Assembly: GCA_035221665.1 (NCBI GenBank) | Contig: CM069155.1 | Span: 40,858,001 to 40,922,000, forward strand | Reading direction: 5' to 3' | Length of the DNA stretch: 64,000 nucleotides | Origin: Okamejei kenojei | Taxonomy: Eukaryota | In this document: piece by piece, positions 61,545-64,000 of the stretch | How the letters are laid out: each line of letters starts with the position of its first letter | How positions within the stretch are numbered: position 1 is the stretch's first letter | The notes under the pieces: generated by a model | Seen by the model: the letters and a program-made list of their open reading frames with translations, nothing else | What the model was told of the DNA's origin: nothing | The model's database searches: none | Position numbers and translations under genes: made by a program

Positions 61545-61977
61545 ATATCTACTTTAATATTAGATTTATAATTAGTATTTAGAAATGCTATTTTTACGTT
61601 GAAAACCTGTTGCTCTTCGGCTAATGTGGCATATAAAAGTGCTTGGAGTAGAAATGCTGCAAGTTATGAATGTCACAGCAAAAACTCAAGCAAGACATCA
61701 CGTACTAAAAAGGGAGAAACTGTCCAATATTTTGCGAATAGACAATACTTTGTGGAAAGATACACTTAATAGACAAAAATGCTTGAGAAACTCAGCTACT
61801 GTGACTCACAAGTACTGCAAACAGAAAACATCAGGAGATCAAAAACAGAAATACTATAGGATGGGAAGTGATGGGTTGCTTACTTGTGATGCAAACAAAG
61901 GTAATTATGCATCAGCCAGTGGGCCATCGGGAGGCCTTACATTGATTTGATAAGGATTAACTGGAAAAATAAGTACA

Positions 61978-62240
61978 AACTTGCATTTGTACAGCATTCA
62001 TTCATGATCACTGGATATTCTAAACAAGTTTAAAACCAATTTAGTGTATTGTCAGTTGCATAGAAATATGCAGCCAAAATTGTACACAGCAAGCTCCCAC
62101 AAAGAACAGAATGGCTCTCAGATCATTTCTTTCAATGATGTTTAACATAAAATGGATAAACAGAGATAAATGAAGCTTAAATAGTTGGGTCATTTCCCCC
62201 CGGACGGCATGACAGCATCAAGCAATTTTATCATTGGATT
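61978..62240 (-). mobile_element. Deu-domain SINE relic
   Basis: aacttgcatttgtacagc...gcagccaaaattgtacacagcaagctcccacaaa resembles the DeuSINE core as I recall it. Confidence 0.6.
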
Positions 62241-63671
62241 GTCAAATTTGCAGATGCTGTGCTCCTCTAACTGACAGTTCTCAAATTACCACATTATTAG
62301 TATTAAACTTACAGTCGGTTAATAGTTTAATTCCCAAATCTTGCCCTTTCACAAAAAAATGTCAAGGAAATATCTAGTTTTCATCTGTTAATATTATTAG
62401 TTTGGAGGCGATTTGTCAAAAAAATCTCTTCTTATTCAAATTTTCTTTCCCCCTCTCCTGAAGAAACTGTAGCAAATATTGGCATATATCCAACTAATTT
62501 AAATGTATGTGAATGTTTTATACTTTTTCAGTGCTTGGCAAACATTCTGTAATGGATTAATATTCTTTAATTACGTAACTGAATGCATCACAGTGAAACA
62601 TTATGTTATTTTATGGTATTCCGCTTCCTAGTTTCTCACCATTCACTGTAAGTGACAAATGCAATTTTCTAGTATGTTATTTCCACACTAACATTAAGGC
62701 TATATAAACCAGAGGTTAGTGCAGGAGTAATAATGATTCAAAATGGTAGTTAATTCCTTATGTGCTTTAAACTATTCAGGTGCCATTAAGACAGATCCTG
62801 TCTTGAAGTTTGATGCTTTTTGGCCAGGTTACAGGATGCAGACTTACATAACTGCAATATATTTCATATCTTTGGAGATGAAGAAAATGATTAGATCAAC
62901 CATCATTTTAGTCAACGGCGCGACAGGCTCAAGTGGTACATGGACTAATCATGCTGCTGCTAAAATCAACCATAGTCTACACAAGAGCCAGTAATGTCTG
63001 TTGGACAGATTTTAATATTCATCTTTTGTGAAAAGACTTCAGTATTCTACACGATTTCAAATAGTATTGTTTAACAAATAAAATTATAAATGTCGTCAAG
63101 TTACCCATCTTTCCAGTGGTGCATTGCTCTACTGATGCACTGATTTCAAAATACAGTTTATAACTGGATTTCTACTCAGCATCTATATTCCCTATATTAT
63201 GAGAAATAACATTTAATTTGAACATTGTAAAGATGATTAAATAGCTAGTCTCCAATATCACTGTTTAAAAGGCAATCAACATTGTTTGAATTGTAATTTC
63301 ATCAGTGTATTCCAAAGGCCAATCTAATCTGCGAGATATCAATCATACGAGGTAAAACATTTTATTGGCATATTCACCTTCCAATTAAACTGTTGTTAAT
63401 TCCATCTTATGAAAGAAAACTAAACTAAATATCAGTTTAGTAGCTGGTTGGCTGAGAGGTTGACAAGGATCAAAATCATAAGAAATGTCTGCTATTTAAA
63501 CCTATATGCCTTCATTTATTTGTTATAGATGTGCCTCAATTTATTTGCCCAGCATATTAATGCAATCACAAAGAAAATTCTACTTCCTCAGAAGATCAAG
63601 AAGATATGGACAGTCACCGAACATCTACAGGTGTACGGTGAAAAGCATACTGAATGGCCTGGTCCATCTTG

Positions 63672-63958
63672 AATAGTGCAGTTGTAGAGTTACTGCCTTA
63701 CAGTTCTAGAAACCCAAGTTTGATCCTAATTATGGATGCTTTCTGTACGAATGTTCTCCCTGTGACCACATGCGTTTTCTCTGGGTGCTCCGGTTTCCTC
63801 CCACATCCCAAAAACATACAAGTTGTAGGTCAATTGGCTTCAGTAAGATTGTAAATTGTCCCCAGTGTGTAAGATAGCATTAGTATATGGGGTGATCGCT
63901 GGTTGGCACGGACTCGGTGGGCCGAAGGGCCTGTTTCTGCACTGTAGCTCTAAAGTTT
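63672..63958 (+). mobile_element. HE1/V-SINE, near full length, following a short Rex1 fragment (~63575-63670)
   Basis: A/B-box head, tgggtgctccggtttcctcccacatcccaaa core, CR1-shared tail ggtgggccgaagggcctgtttctgcactgta. Confidence 0.85.
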
Positions 63959-64000
63959 AAAATAATGCCCAAGAATGGAGGCGGCTGCAGCAAATGGTGA

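Noticed and set aside
63672-63760. tRNA gene
   Set aside because: A/B boxes belong to a SINE head; no cloverleaf, and it continues into the V-SINE body

Overview
AT-rich vertebrate genomic DNA. The repeat complement (CR1/HER1-like LINEs, HE1/V-SINEs, Deu-domain SINE relics, Rex1-like LINEs, Penelope-like elements) points to a cartilaginous fish, probably a skate or ray (inference). I recognise no host protein-coding exon: all credible ORFs are transposon-derived. Host-like structure is limited to a CpG island at ~16.4-17.5 kb with candidate minus-strand 5' exons inside a ~7 kb TE-poor block, plus a second TE-poor block at ~47.8-53.2 kb. Main points of interest: (1) about a dozen short Penelope-terminus elements carrying a minimal hammerhead ribozyme core (CTGAAGA-A-GGGTCTCGACCC-GAAACGTC), at least seven with their own target-site duplications and several with internal inversions; (2) a TA-flanked Tc1 transposon (43483-46664) whose transposase is split by a CpG-rich Rex1-like LINE; (3) a HERO-like retrotransposon 3' end with a structured 3' UTR; (4) two MITEs, one with a hAT-Charlie-type TSD; (5) a ~790 bp non-coding retroposon with a Rex1-like tail. 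Family names come from recognising motifs by eye, not from database searches, and the boundaries of degenerate repeats are approximate.
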